NCBI GenBank assembly: GCA_963678065.2
Contig: CAXXVZ010000002.1
Location: 576,001-640,000 of the forward strand
From: Treponemataceae bacterium
Lineage (GTDB): Bacteria; Spirochaetota; Spirochaetia; Treponematales; Rectinemataceae
DNA: 64,000 nt
Reading direction: 5' to 3'
Shown: positions 20,628 through 30,606 of the stretch, one piece after another
How positions within the stretch are numbered: the stretch's first letter is position 1
Layout of the letters: the number at the start of each line of letters is the position of its first letter
Notes under the pieces: model-generated
What the model was told of the DNA's origin: nothing
What the model saw: the letters and a program-made list of their open reading frames with translations, nothing else
The model's database searches: none
Position numbers and translations under genes: made by a program

Positions 20628-20680
20628 TCTCGCCTCCTGTATTGACATTCGGGCATCGGATGCCCGCCACGGAACCTGGA

Positions 20681-21565
20681 TCATCCTTTTACGGAACCTA
20701 TCAGTATGCCCTTGGTGAAATATTTCTGGACGAAGGGATATACGATCAACAGCGGAAAAACGGAGAAGACGACAGCCGCCATCTTCAGGGTCAATCCCGG
20801 CAGCAGCTCGAATTTATCGAGGACAGTCTGTGTTTCGGTTTTCAGGCTGTCCATGAGAACATCGCGAAGAATCACCTGGAGCGGTTTCCGCGCCTCGGTA
20901 TTGATGAACATGAGCGCGTTGAAAAATCCATTCCACAAGCCAACCGCGTAGAACAGGCCTATTGTCGCAATGACGGCGCTGGACAATGGAAGGACGATGC
21001 GGGAAAAAATGGTGAAGTGATGGGCGCCATCCATGTGGGCAGACTCCGCCAGCTCGGCGGGAAGTGCCTCGAAAAAGTTTTTCATGATGAGGAGGTTGTA
21101 GGTGGAGATAGCGCCCGGCATCACGACGGCCCACATGGAATCCATCATGCCCAGTGCTTTCACGAGCAGGAAAAGCGGGATGATTCCACCAGAAAACACC
21201 ATGGGTACGAGGACGAACACAAGCCAGAACCGGCGTCCCGGCAATTTTACCAGCGAGAGCGCATAGGCCAGGAGCGACGTGCCGAAGAGACTTATGATTG
21301 TCCCCGTGACCGTGATGACAATCGAGTTGAAGAATGCCTGCGGTATGAGTTGCTGGCCGATGATGAAACGGAACGCATCGAAGGAAATTCTCTTCGGAAT
21401 CAGTTGAAAACTTCCTGCCTTGGCAAGGACGTCCAGGGGAGTCAGGGATACGGAGAGAATGTACATGAACGGGAAAATGGTGACAGCGGCAAGAACCAGC
21501 AGAATCACCGCATTGACATATTCAAAGACAGTGTCTCCCGGAGTATTCCTGATTCCGGGCTTCAT
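20681..21565 (-). CDS. Carbohydrate ABC transporter permease (LplC-like)
   Basis: 'LAESAHMDGA', 'QKYFTKGILIGSVKG'. Confidence 0.92.
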   Translation of the reverse strand: MKPGIRNTPGDTVFEYVNAVILLVLAAVTIFPFMYILSVSLTPLDVLAKAGSFQLIPKRISFDAFRFIIGQQLIPQAFFNSIVITVTGTIISLFGTSLLAYALSLVKLPGRRFWLVFVLVPMVFSGGIIPLFLLVKALGMMDSMWAVVMPGAISTYNLLIMKNFFEALPAELAESAHMDGAHHFTIFSRIVLPLSSAVIATIGLFYAVGLWNGFFNALMFINTEARKPLQVILRDVLMDSLKTETQTVLDKFELLPGLTLKMAAVVFSVFPLLIVYPFVQKYFTKGILIGSVKG

Positions 21566-21596
21566 GCGTTTTTCCTTTTTTTCACCGTGGCGCTCC

Positions 21597-22544
21597 TCAC
21601 CAGATGCCCGAATCGGTCAGCTTCCGCGACAGCGCATTTCCGCCGAGGACAAGCGCCAGTCCGATTGTCGATTTAAAAAGGCCTGTCGCCGCGGAAATGG
21701 AAAACCGGAACTGCTCGATTCCGTTGCGGTAAACCCAGGTGTCGAGTATGTCCGCGACCGGATAGACCTGCGGGTTGTACAGGATATATATCTGCTCGAA
21801 ACCGGCGTCCAGGATGTATCCCAGTTTCAGGACGAACATAAGGACGATGACGCTGGAAATGCTCGGCAGCGAAATGTGCCTGATCTGCATGAGGCGCGAA
21901 GCTCCGTCCAGACGGGCCGCTTCGAAAAGCCCCGGATCGATGCCTGAGAGTGCGGCGAGGTATACAATGGCGCCCCATCCCAGTCCTTTCCACACTTCCG
22001 ATGCCACGAGAACGAATACGAACCACCTCTGGTCGGTCATGAACTGGACGCTCTGCCCTCCCGCGCTTTTGATGAGAGCGTTGACGATCCCGTCGCCCGG
22101 CGAGAGAAGGGCGAGCAGAAGCCCCGCGACGATGACCCAGGAGATGAAATGTGGAAGATAACTCACCGTCTGGATGAACTTCTTGAGTCTCCTGAACCGC
22201 ATCTCGTTCAGCATGAGGGCGAGGATGATAGGCGGGCCGAATCCTGCCGCCAGCTTCAGCACGCTTATGTTCAGGGTATTCCACATTATCCTCCCGAAGA
22301 CGGGACTCGCGAACATAGCCTCGAAATGCTTGAGGCCGACCCAAGGACTGTGGAACATGCCCTTGAGAACCTTGAAATCCTGAAAGGCGATCACGAGTCC
22401 GCCGATGGGTCCGTACCGGAATATGACGAAATAGACAATGCCCGGAAGCATCATGAGATAGACAATCCACCATTTCCGGAATCCATGTCCGGAAGTGATC
22501 CGATCGGCAGATCCCCGCTCCCGTTTTATTGCTCGATCATTCAC
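21597..22544 (-). CDS. Carbohydrate ABC transporter permease (LplB-like)
   Basis: 'YLPHFISWV', 'LFEAARLDGA', 'AATGLFKS'. Confidence 0.92.
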   Translation of the reverse strand: MNDRAIKRERGSADRITSGHGFRKWWIVYLMMLPGIVYFVIFRYGPIGGLVIAFQDFKVLKGMFHSPWVGLKHFEAMFASPVFGRIMWNTLNISVLKLAAGFGPPIILALMLNEMRFRRLKKFIQTVSYLPHFISWVIVAGLLLALLSPGDGIVNALIKSAGGQSVQFMTDQRWFVFVLVASEVWKGLGWGAIVYLAALSGIDPGLFEAARLDGASRLMQIRHISLPSISSVIVLMFVLKLGYILDAGFEQIYILYNPQVYPVADILDTWVYRNGIEQFRFSISAATGLFKSTIGLALVLGGNALSRKLTDSGIW

Positions 22545-22671
22545 GTATTTTCGCCCCCGGTTTTTCTTGTTCTCCCTCTGACTTCAATCGATTGTGCGGG
22601 CATTTCCCGGATCTGTACATGAAGCCGGTTATGAATGTAGATGTAAAATATTCACACTCGGGCTTTCCGCC

Positions 22672-22699
22672 TTGACCTGATTCGCCGATGCGCTAGAAT
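22672..22699 (+). promoter_or_regulatory. Sigma-70-type promoter for the sensor kinase, probably giving a leaderless mRNA
   Basis: TTGACC-N16-TAGAAT; ATG at 22706 lies 7 nt after the -10; no RBS visible. Confidence 0.55.
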
Positions 22700-22705
22700 G
22701 CGGCA

Positions 22706-24475
22706 ATGACAGGAATCCCACCCCGCAGAATCCGTTGGCTCCCCCTGTCGACAAGCAAGAGACTGATCGCCGCGACCTTCGGTCTTCTCGTCATCGCCGT
22801 CGCGTTCATGACCGTCATGGCCTTCAGGATTTCCAAAGAGGTCATCGACAGGGAAAGAAGCGATACCATGAGATCAATGCTCTCCCACGCCGATCAGCTT
22901 CTCGGGGCACATCAAAGTCAATTCAATACCCTGATACTCTCGGTAGCCGCGAACAGACAATTGTGGACATTGCCTGCGGAGGATGTGGAGCGTATTCTTA
23001 AAACCTACGCGGAGGCTTATACCATCGCTGAACGTCTCTATATCATCAGGGATGGCGATTCGATAATCGGATATCCGAAGGCACAGATCAGGGCACTCGG
23101 TCCGCTCGCCCTTGAACAGATCAGGGAAAGGCTGGGGGGGTCAATCCTCGGCGTTGTCTGCTCGGAACCGTATCTGTCAAACCTCAGCAACTGGACAATC
23201 ACGATCGGTGTCAGGGTCGCCACCATCGCCGGTGTGGGAAAGGGCATCATCGCAATGGATGTATCCCTGCTCGAGCTTCCCGTCCTGCTTCCCAAGCTCG
23301 ATTTCCAGAATCCTTCCACCATGATCGTGCTAACATCCAAAGGAAACACCGTGATTACGAAGGCCGGAAATCCGGTGCTCGATTATTCCATCAACGACAA
23401 CAGCCTTAGAATTCCGTCCGATCTCTACGATACGTTCAAGGCTGCCGGAAGTTCAGCCAGGAAGATAACCCACAAGGGGAAATCCTATACGGTAATGTCG
23501 ATCGAACCGACGAATCGTTACGGATGGAAACCGGTGTTCATTTCGAGCGACGCGGTGATCAGGAAGACTTTAGATGCGATGGTGCTTTCGGCGCTACAAA
23601 TGCTTCTGGGCGTCCTCGCGGCCAGTTTCATCATCAACTGGATACTCACCGGCTATTTCAGCAAGCCCCTAGAGCGACTGGCTGGGGAAGTCTCCCGGAT
23701 TCGCATAGATGCGTATGACGGACTTCCCTATACCGACAGAAAAGACGAAGTGGGTATCCTCTCCCTGGCCGTAGACGGGATGATCCTCAAAATACAGAAC
23801 CTCATCTCCGATCTGCGGGAATCGGAAAAACTGAAACGTGTAGCCGACATGAAGGCCATCGATGCACAGATCAATCCACATTTTCTCTTCAATACACTGA
23901 ATAGCATTGGACACTGCGCTTCCATGGGAAGGACGGACGATGTCCACACGATGGTCCAGGCGCTCGTCCATATGCTGTCCATGAGTCTGGACAAAATTTC
24001 AGAAAAGGTGATGCTCGCCAAAGAGCTGGAATTCCTCAACCACTATTTCAAACTGCTGAAACTGACGAGACCGGACGAGTTCTCGATCATCTATGCCATC
24101 GCGCCCCGGACCGGCTCCATTCCGGTTCCCAAACTGATCCTGCAACCTCTGGTGGAAAACTCCATCCTGCATGGCTTCAACGGTCTGGGCCATCCGGGAA
24201 TCCTGACGATTTCCGCGCAGATATCCGAAGAAAGCGAAAGGACATTCCTTGTGCTAGTGATAGAGGACAATGGTCACGGGATTCCCGAATCGGCGCTCGG
24301 AACCCTGGCATCCCCGGGAAATAGACCAGATGGGTCAGGTTCGGGAATAGGTCTGCGCAGCGTGGCAGAACGTATTTCTCATCATTACGGGAAAGCGGGT
24401 TCATTCAGCGTGACGCGGCTTCAGTGCGGCACTGCGGCAACCATCAGGATCCCCCTCCAGGAATACCCCTCATGA
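22706..24475 (+). CDS. YesM/LytS-type sensor histidine kinase (Cache-HAMP-His_kinase)
   Basis: 'AQINPHFLFNTLNSI', 'LQPLVENSILHG', 'EDNGHG', 'SGIGL'. Confidence 0.92.
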   Translation: MTGIPPRRIRWLPLSTSKRLIAATFGLLVIAVAFMTVMAFRISKEVIDRERSDTMRSMLSHADQLLGAHQSQFNTLILSVAANRQLWTLPAEDVERILKTYAEAYTIAERLYIIRDGDSIIGYPKAQIRALGPLALEQIRERLGGSILGVVCSEPYLSNLSNWTITIGVRVATIAGVGKGIIAMDVSLLELPVLLPKLDFQNPSTMIVLTSKGNTVITKAGNPVLDYSINDNSLRIPSDLYDTFKAAGSSARKITHKGKSYTVMSIEPTNRYGWKPVFISSDAVIRKTLDAMVLSALQMLLGVLAASFIINWILTGYFSKPLERLAGEVSRIRIDAYDGLPYTDRKDEVGILSLAVDGMILKIQNLISDLRESEKLKRVADMKAIDAQINPHFLFNTLNSIGHCASMGRTDDVHTMVQALVHMLSMSLDKISEKVMLAKELEFLNHYFKLLKLTRPDEFSIIYAIAPRTGSIPVPKLILQPLVENSILHGFNGLGHPGILTISAQISEESERTFLVLVIEDNGHGIPESALGTLASPGNRPDGSGSGIGLRSVAERISHHYGKAGSFSVTRLQCGTAATIRIPLQEYPS

Positions 24476-26055
24476 ATACACTCGATGTATTTCTCGTGGA
24501 TGACGAGGCGATAGTCCTCGATTATTTCCAGAACGGATTCCTCTGGGAAGAAGCCGGATTCAGGCTTGCGGGGCTCGCCTCGAACGGGAAGGAAGCCGTC
24601 GAAGCCTGCGTGCGTCTGGAACCGGATCTCATCGTCCTCGATATTTCCATGCCGGGAATGACCGGAATGGAAGTGATGGAGCGCCTGATTCCAATGCTCC
24701 CTTATTCATCTTTCGCATTCATAACCAGCCACGAAGACTTCAAGCATGTCCACGAAGCGCTCCGCCTGGGCGCGATAGATTACATACTCAAAGCGTCCAT
24801 GATCCCCGCGGAGTTGCTGGAAAAATTCTCGTCGATCCGGGATCGGATACTGGAGCGGAGAAAAAAGGAAGGAGGATCGGCCGAAGAGAGACTACTGAGG
24901 AATCTGCCGGCTCTCGCCCTGTCAATCAAGGGGGAGGCACAGTCCGAACTCTCCGCTATACCGCCGGGTATCAGGGAGATGTTCACTGACAGCGCATTCG
25001 TCGTCGCACTGATTCGGCTCACTGCCTCTGGGCTTTCGGGCGAGGAGGAATCCTGCACGGGAATCACCCTGCGAAACGAGACAGAAAGAATTTCAGGGAT
25101 TCTCGATGCCAAAAAAAATACGCTGCCGATCCTGCACGCCGAAATGGATGACGGACAGCACGTCATGATCCTGTTTTCGGGCCTCGGGACCAAGGGATCC
25201 CTCTCGGAGGTAGCGCTGACACTCATAGAAAACCTGACCGGAGAAACCTATGGCGGGATATGCACTCATACGGGGATCAGCACGCCCCGCAACACCTTGG
25301 CCGAAGCGGGATTGGCATATGAAGAAGCGCGCGAAGCCCTGTTCGATTCATTCTACAATCCCGATAAGAAGATACATGTATACGAAAAACCATGGAAGCC
25401 ACTCGACAGGAACTTTGAAAATCGCCTGAATTCCCTGAAGGACGAGGATGTCAATGCGGATATTTCCGAACGGTATGGGAGTCAAGCGCGGAAAATAATC
25501 CGGCTCGCACAGGAAGAGCGGTTGCCACCGGACCACACTCGCATGATCGTCGCCGGATTACTGAGCCGTATCGCAAAATCGCTCGGCAGTAACGACTCGA
25601 CCTGGGAAACATCGCTGTGGCCGATGCAGGCGGCGCACTGTCCGTCTTCCCGCGAGCTGGAACTCTGGGTGGAGGAGAAAATGAGTTTTATCCTGCTCTC
25701 CTCGGGAATCACCCGGCTCAAGCCCCGGATTCAGCGGGTGGTGGACGAGATCGAAAAGTCTTTTTCCAGTCCCCTCGATCTCGCCTCCGCCGCGAGCCTC
25801 GCGGCCATGCACCCGAATTATTTCAGCGCAATTTTCAAGCAGGAAGTCGGCCATACTTTCAACGAGCACATGAATGCCGTCAGAATCCGGCACGCCATAG
25901 AATATATCGACGAAGGCGTCTGGCAGATGCAGCAGATAGCCGAGATGGTCGGCATCCCCAATTACCGGACCTTTTTCAACACTTTCATGCGCGTCATGCG
26001 CATGACGCCGACGGATTACCTCCAAAGGAAAAACGAAGAATCGGATCGCGCCTGA
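24472..26055 (+). CDS. YesN-type response regulator (REC + AraC HTH)
   Basis: 'LVDDE', 'LDISMPGMTG', 'DYILK', C-terminal AraC HTH; ATGA overlap with the kinase stop. Confidence 0.92.
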   Translation: MNTLDVFLVDDEAIVLDYFQNGFLWEEAGFRLAGLASNGKEAVEACVRLEPDLIVLDISMPGMTGMEVMERLIPMLPYSSFAFITSHEDFKHVHEALRLGAIDYILKASMIPAELLEKFSSIRDRILERRKKEGGSAEERLLRNLPALALSIKGEAQSELSAIPPGIREMFTDSAFVVALIRLTASGLSGEEESCTGITLRNETERISGILDAKKNTLPILHAEMDDGQHVMILFSGLGTKGSLSEVALTLIENLTGETYGGICTHTGISTPRNTLAEAGLAYEEAREALFDSFYNPDKKIHVYEKPWKPLDRNFENRLNSLKDEDVNADISERYGSQARKIIRLAQEERLPPDHTRMIVAGLLSRIAKSLGSNDSTWETSLWPMQAAHCPSSRELELWVEEKMSFILLSSGITRLKPRIQRVVDEIEKSFSSPLDLASAASLAAMHPNYFSAIFKQEVGHTFNEHMNAVRIRHAIEYIDEGVWQMQQIAEMVGIPNYRTFFNTFMRVMRMTPTDYLQRKNEESDRA

Positions 26056-26093
26056 CTCCGGCCAGAGTTGCCTGCGGACAGGATTGACCCAGA

Positions 26094-27401
26094 TCAGGGT
26101 TGAACGCCCAGTCCCGAGAGAACTTCCTGGATGCACTCTGCTGGCAATTCCCGCGGCTGTATTCCATGCTCCACGCAGAGTGCCGCGGCAATCCCCGCAG
26201 CCTGTCCGATATTCGCGCAGATCGGCATGACCCTGAAATTTGAGTGCGCAAGATGGGTCCCGGAAATGTTGCGCCCCGCCAGCAACAATCCGTCCGTTCC
26301 CTCGGGCACCAGGCAGCCATATGGTATCGTATAACCATAACGCTGGGCGAAACGTTTCTGCACGCCCGTCTCGTCGAGTCCGGCTCCCGAGAGATTGTGC
26401 ACATCAAAATTGAAATGGGCCTTCGTCACTACCCAATCATCGAAAATGCGCGCATCGAGGATGTCGTGTTCCGTTATAGTCTTCAGCCCTTTGAAATGCC
26501 TCGTTTCGCGGACGCCGATCGCCGAGGCTGATTTTAGAAGAAAAGCATTTTCAAATCCGGGAACCTGATCCTTTAGAAATTTCAGGATGTACGGAATCTG
26601 GTTCCTGCATTCGCGGTCGGCCTTCGTCAGATCGTCGACATTCGTTCCATCGAAATCTATCGCGTTGGTCATGTTGAGCGTAACGACGCCAGGCAGGGGG
26701 GAAGGATATATGAGAGCATGCCCTGCAGGATGCGGAATGTTAAGGCGTGCAAGCGACTGGATGTCCCCCGAAGGTATATCGTAGCTGTCCTCGAATCCAT
26801 GGACATACCGTACTCGCCCCGTGTCGACGCCGCCTAGCTGGAGCATGATCGTCATCGGCTGCGTTTTTCCGTCGCCCTCGCGACCTTTGTGAAAGGGAAC
26901 TCCGGCCATCGCAGCAATGTCACCGTCTCCCGAGGCGTCCACCGTGATCTTCGCCATGATCGCTTCGCGTCCGGACTTGCTTTCAGTGATAATTCCGCGG
27001 ACACGGGAATCGTCCTGAATCACGCCGGCCGCGAAACTGTACAACTGAAGCTTCGCCCCGGATTCTTCGAGCATGTCGAGCATCACGAGCTTCAGGCGTT
27101 CATGATCGATAAGCTGTGAGGCGTTCCCGTGCCGCCCCATATCAGAGCCACCTCCCGGCACCGACGAGCGAGCCAGAATCTCTTCGTAAAATCCGCCTCG
27201 CGTCTCACCGGTCCAATGACTCATCAATCCCGATGTCGCCACTCCGCCGAGACAGCCCGACTGTTCGACTAGAAGCGTCGAAGCTCCTGACCTAGCCGCC
27301 GAGACGGCTGCGCTGAAGCCGGCAGGCCCGCCTCCGGCAACCAGAACATCGAACATCGCCTTGATAGGAATCCTCCGTGCGGGTTCCCCGTAGTGTTCCA
27401 T
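26094..27401 (-). CDS. FAD-dependent oxidoreductase (FAD_oxidored family)
   Basis: 'VAGGGPAG', 'VDASGDGD', 'GVRETR', 'IPYGCLVP', 'AGRNIS', 'GQAAG'. Confidence 0.9.
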   Translation of the reverse strand: MEHYGEPARRIPIKAMFDVLVAGGGPAGFSAAVSAARSGASTLLVEQSGCLGGVATSGLMSHWTGETRGGFYEEILARSSVPGGGSDMGRHGNASQLIDHERLKLVMLDMLEESGAKLQLYSFAAGVIQDDSRVRGIITESKSGREAIMAKITVDASGDGDIAAMAGVPFHKGREGDGKTQPMTIMLQLGGVDTGRVRYVHGFEDSYDIPSGDIQSLARLNIPHPAGHALIYPSPLPGVVTLNMTNAIDFDGTNVDDLTKADRECRNQIPYILKFLKDQVPGFENAFLLKSASAIGVRETRHFKGLKTITEHDILDARIFDDWVVTKAHFNFDVHNLSGAGLDETGVQKRFAQRYGYTIPYGCLVPEGTDGLLLAGRNISGTHLAHSNFRVMPICANIGQAAGIAAALCVEHGIQPRELPAECIQEVLSGLGVQP

Positions 27402-27898
27402 TCCGCCCTCCATCGACAATCATTTACGCAATCGATCACTGCGTTGTCCATGTCGGGTATTACGATAGTCGATGCATTATTTTACGATCGACGATATTGC
27501 AGTGGGTATTCAGTCTGGAAAATCGCTCAACCGGTTGAATTGAGTGAGGATTGCCCAGCCCCCGTCGGCATCGAGGGATACCTTCACGCCAGCCGTCGAC
27601 GAAAGTGATGAAGGCGTCGGCGCCTGACTTTCGGTAATAGCGCTAGACCGGAAGGCTTGCGACAGCGTCGTAGATTGCCACCGCCACTTTGGGCGCTGCC
27701 GTCCGACTTGACGAAGGTCCTGTTGGATGATGGTATTCATTGGTAATGTACCTGATGGTACGGCGAGGAGAAAGGAGAAAGCATTTTTATGTCACATATT
27801 GATGCCATTGTTCGGATGGTCAGAAGGTTATTATTTATCCAAGAGTGGCAGCTGAGAACTGCCTGAAAGATAAGAAAGAAGGTTCTTGAGGAGCCTCT

Positions 27899-28646
27899 AG
27901 GTACGGATCGATTTCATGTTCTGTTTCCTTCTATATTAGAATGCTCGATACAGTGCCGCCAGCCAGAGGCCTCACCGCATCCTGATGGCCGGGCCGGTAT
28001 TCCGACATCATGTCGACCCCGACGGCAGACATGCGCAATCCCGGCGTCGGCATTGACAGGTCCGGAATGCCGCGCCCATTATTGGCAGCGCCAGCCTGCA
28101 CGCTCTCAGCGATAGAGTATCGCAGAGTCAGGCCGGAAAACGAGGCTGCGATGCCCATAGCCGTTTTCAGCGCAGGCGGCACCCGGATCCGCGCCGTCCG
28201 TTTCGTGCTGATCCTCTCGATCCTCTGTGCCGTGGCCTCGCTGTGGTGGGGTACGGACATTCTCCTTCGGTACGGAATGGCACAAGCCGACGGAGGCATT
28301 CTCGCGCCCCTTGCCGTCAGGATTCTTCTCGCCGGATTTGTATTCCTCGCGGGCTTCGGCTTCGCGTGCGGCATGTGGCTCTATTGCGGCATCTATGTCG
28401 TCGAGATTTCTATCGACGGAAAAACATCCCTGGTTACCATAAAAACCCTCGCGCCGGCAGGCCGGAAGACGTTTGGAATCGAGCAGGTGGCAATCACGAA
28501 AAGCCGGCCGCATGAAGGGTCCCTGCGCACTTCCCGCCAGACAGTCAACGCACCCTGGATCTCGATCCATGTCGACGAAAGGAAGCTTCCTCTTATCATC
28601 GATCTGCGGGGTCGAATCCTCGACGAAAAGATTTTCAGGAAAGTGC
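27899..28646. repeat. Diverged direct repeat, copy 2 (partner ~16103-16765); includes the first 6 codons of the MliC gene
   Basis: Minus strand reads ATG AAA TCG ATC CGT ACC TAG (MKSIRT*), the same start as the MliC gene; end approximate. Confidence 0.85.
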
Positions 28647-28690
28647 TGCGAATCCCGAGTGGGCAAAGCTTCTTCGCTGGCCCTCAATGA
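28151..28690 (+). CDS. Hypothetical membrane protein (two TM helices + soluble C-domain)
   Basis: Two hydrophobic stretches; GAGG before ATG 28151; a degenerate paralogue at 16.3 kb supports coding status. Confidence 0.75.
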   Translation: MPIAVFSAGGTRIRAVRFVLILSILCAVASLWWGTDILLRYGMAQADGGILAPLAVRILLAGFVFLAGFGFACGMWLYCGIYVVEISIDGKTSLVTIKTLAPAGRKTFGIEQVAITKSRPHEGSLRTSRQTVNAPWISIHVDERKLPLIIDLRGRILDEKIFRKVLRIPSGQSFFAGPQ

Positions 28691-28844
28691 ATATTTGTCA
28701 TGTTTCTACAAGAAGAAATATGATGTCGACAACTTCCGCTGCCGCCACCTTCGCCACCCGAACAACGCGGAATGGCCTCCGGGATTCGGCACCCCAAAGG
28801 CCATTCCACTCTCTCCCGGCCGGCCTGCGACCGGAACTCGTTTC

Positions 28845-29798
28845 TCAGCCCGCCGACTTCCTGAGCGGAACCCAGACCTCGGCGTAGCATTCCGGTGAGT
28901 CACCGTCGCCGCGGGGATCACCCGGCATGAAGGGAGGGTAAACCTCGAAATCCGGCGTGCCCGCGTGCTCGTATCCCGATGCCGGGAACCACTCGGAGAA
29001 GACGCGCTTCCAGACTTCCTGGATGGAGAGCGGCATCGGCCCCAGCGACTCGAAGACGCCGTAGGTCGAGGCGGGGATCCTCGCCCGCTTCCACTCTGCG
29101 GGAAGGCGCTCCGGCTTTGACCTCTCCTGGCCTGAATCAGGGACAGAGCCCGCCCCGGATTCAGTTCCGGGCACGGCTCCTGCCTCGACGCCGATCATGT
29201 AGTCGAACTCCCCGGTTCTCGCATCCGCGGCCGGAAGGCAAATACCCAGAATCCCCATCGGTCCGCAGGCGGCCACGAGCTTCCCGAAAGAACCGTTTTG
29301 CATGCATTCCTGCCAGTAGGCCGGGATCTCGCGGAGATTCCTGCCCCCGTCACTCCCTGTGCGCAGCGTCGGCCCGATCACATCGATGGCTTCCCGCTCT
29401 TCGATCCTGTACTTCATCTCCTGTGCTCCTTTGAGGACGAGTAAAACCTTCATGGGCGTGAAAAGCGCCAGAGCGGGCCCTCCCGGACCGAGTTCCGAGG
29501 GCTTTACGCCGAAGGTTCGCTTGAAGGCCTTGCTGAATGATTCGGGTGTCTCGTACCCGTAGCGGAGGGCGACATCGATCACCCTGAAGCCTCCCGCGGC
29601 GAGGTCGAGCGCGGCCTTCGAGAGGCGACGTCGCCTGAGATAATCCCCGGCGCTCATGCCGGCGACCACCTCGAAGACCCTGAAAAAATGGTAGAGGGAA
29701 CAATTCGCCGCCGCGGCGACCGTATCCCAGTCCAGATTCCCGTCGAGTCCCGCCTCGATCGCGCCGAGCGCCGCGTTCATCCTCTCCTGCCAGGTCAC
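28845..29798 (-). CDS. AraC-family regulator with C-terminal GyrI-like effector domain
   Basis: 'YLRRRRLSKAA', 'YGYETPESFSKAFK', 'EWFPASGYE', 'EVWVP'; GGAGG before GTG 29798. Confidence 0.92.
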   Translation of the reverse strand: MTWQERMNAALGAIEAGLDGNLDWDTVAAAANCSLYHFFRVFEVVAGMSAGDYLRRRRLSKAALDLAAGGFRVIDVALRYGYETPESFSKAFKRTFGVKPSELGPGGPALALFTPMKVLLVLKGAQEMKYRIEEREAIDVIGPTLRTGSDGGRNLREIPAYWQECMQNGSFGKLVAACGPMGILGICLPAADARTGEFDYMIGVEAGAVPGTESGAGSVPDSGQERSKPERLPAEWKRARIPASTYGVFESLGPMPLSIQEVWKRVFSEWFPASGYEHAGTPDFEVYPPFMPGDPRGDGDSPECYAEVWVPLRKSAG

Positions 29799-30078
29799 GA
29801 ACACCTCCATCCCGGGCAAACCCTTGCATCCCTCACCGGGCTTGTTGCCGAGTCAGCGCCAGGCCTGTCATCAATGCTGTCCCCACCATCAGGATACCCC
29901 GGGCATCACGAAAAGGCCGGTCATTTCTTGCCGGATCATGACCGGTCGACGAAGGCCGCCACGATGAAAGAAGATGTTCCCGCCGTGCGGATGTCCTTCG
30001 CGGCCCCGCGCAGATATTGCATCGGCGCGCAGAGTACGGCATAACAGCATGAGCCCGCTTATTGTACAGGAAACCAGA

Positions 30079-30423
30079 ATGGGAACGGAAGGAACTGACA
30101 TCGTGGATGTGGCGAAAGACCAGCTTCGCATCCTCTTGCAGAAAATGCGCAAGGACTGCGCCTGCCACGCGATCGGCTGGTGCACGTTGCTCGAACTCGA
30201 GGTCGCCAGCCACCGCGATCCGCGCATGCTGATCCAATTCAAGTGCATCGAAAAGTACAAATACATCCTCTCGCAGAACGCCGGTCATGAAATCCAGCTC
30301 AACGAGGCGACCGAGAGGTGGATCTCCGACGGCCATGCCAAAAAGTTCGGCGAGATATACAAGCCGACGACCTCGTTCAACGATTACGATATCGAACGCC
30401 TGTTCCTGTCCGTGCTGCGCTGA
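30079..30423 (+). CDS. Small hypothetical protein, C-terminal half reminiscent of DUF4032
   Basis: Protein-like ORF; 'IEKYKYILSQNAGHEIQLNEATERW'; Cys cluster 'CACH...C'; start uncertain. Confidence 0.6.
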   Translation: MGTEGTDIVDVAKDQLRILLQKMRKDCACHAIGWCTLLELEVASHRDPRMLIQFKCIEKYKYILSQNAGHEIQLNEATERWISDGHAKKFGEIYKPTTSFNDYDIERLFLSVLR

Positions 30424-30549
30424 ACCCCTCCGGCACCGTCCCCTGACCGCCGGGAGGTAGGGGATGAAGACCGTCTTGGCGACTTTTCACCGCCGGCGGC
30501 CTGTTCCAGCACCGTATTTCATTCCCATATTTGACAGTTCAGTATCGAT

Positions 30550-30578
30550 TTGACAGCGATCTGCCTCTTGTGTATCCT
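30550..30578 (+). promoter_or_regulatory. Sigma-70-type promoter of the aminotransferase
   Basis: TTGACA-N17-TATCCT; ATTTGACAG occurs twice (30529, 30548). Confidence 0.55.
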
Positions 30579-30606
30579 GCATCAAATTTCCCCTGGAGTA
30601 ACGGCG

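Noticed and set aside
27510..27740. 76-aa minus-strand ORF between the oxidoreductase and repeat copy 2
   Set aside because: No RBS or recognisable motif; may be junction debris.
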